Positions 59,871 to 60,000 of a stretch of 60,000 nt of DNA are shown one piece after another (the stretch's first letter is position 1; each line of letters begins with the position of its first letter). The stretch covers positions 374,001 to 434,000 of the forward strand of contig CM075998.1 in NCBI GenBank assembly GCA_038087875.1. Direction: 5' to 3'. Source of the DNA: Malacoraja senta. Taxonomy: Eukaryota. The notes beneath the pieces were generated by a model. That model was not told the DNA's origin and made no database searches. It saw nothing but the letters and a program-made list of their open reading frames with translations. The position numbers and the translations under genes are program-made.

Positions 59871-60000
59871 CTTAAAAACTGGGAGAAATTGGTGGAAGGG
59901 AAATAGTTGGATCGCTCTTGTATAAAGTCAGTTCTGACTCGACAGGCTGAATGGCCTCCTTTGTCCATGACTATTGTGATTTTATGTTTTGCCACCTAGT

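Overview
Vertebrate genomic DNA. The repeat content (HE1/V-SINE-like SINEs, CR1 LINE fragments, Penelope-like fold-backs) suggests a cartilaginous fish, probably a skate or ray (inference). The window holds the conserved STAT6-NAB2-NEMP1 block. (1) A 20-coding-exon STAT6-like gene lies on + (ATG 6977, stop 41099, ~821 aa); as assembled it has a +1 frameshift in coding exon 8 (DNA-binding domain). (2) A convergent NAB2-like gene on - appears to encode only the NCD1 domain (196 aa, 47419-46829), behind a CpG-rich promoter with EGR sites. (3) The first two exons of a divergent NEMP1 (TMEM194A) are on +. Introns and intergenic DNA carry many mobile elements: short Penelope-derived fold-backs with target-site duplications and a minimal hammerhead-ribozyme-like motif, an internally deleted HERO-like retrotransposon, a Harbinger MITE, a hAT MITE with two nested insertions, and two minisatellites derived from retroelements. 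A 200-N assembly gap lies at 22211-22410. All calls were made by eye from remembered family signatures; no database search was run, and repeat boundaries are approximate.
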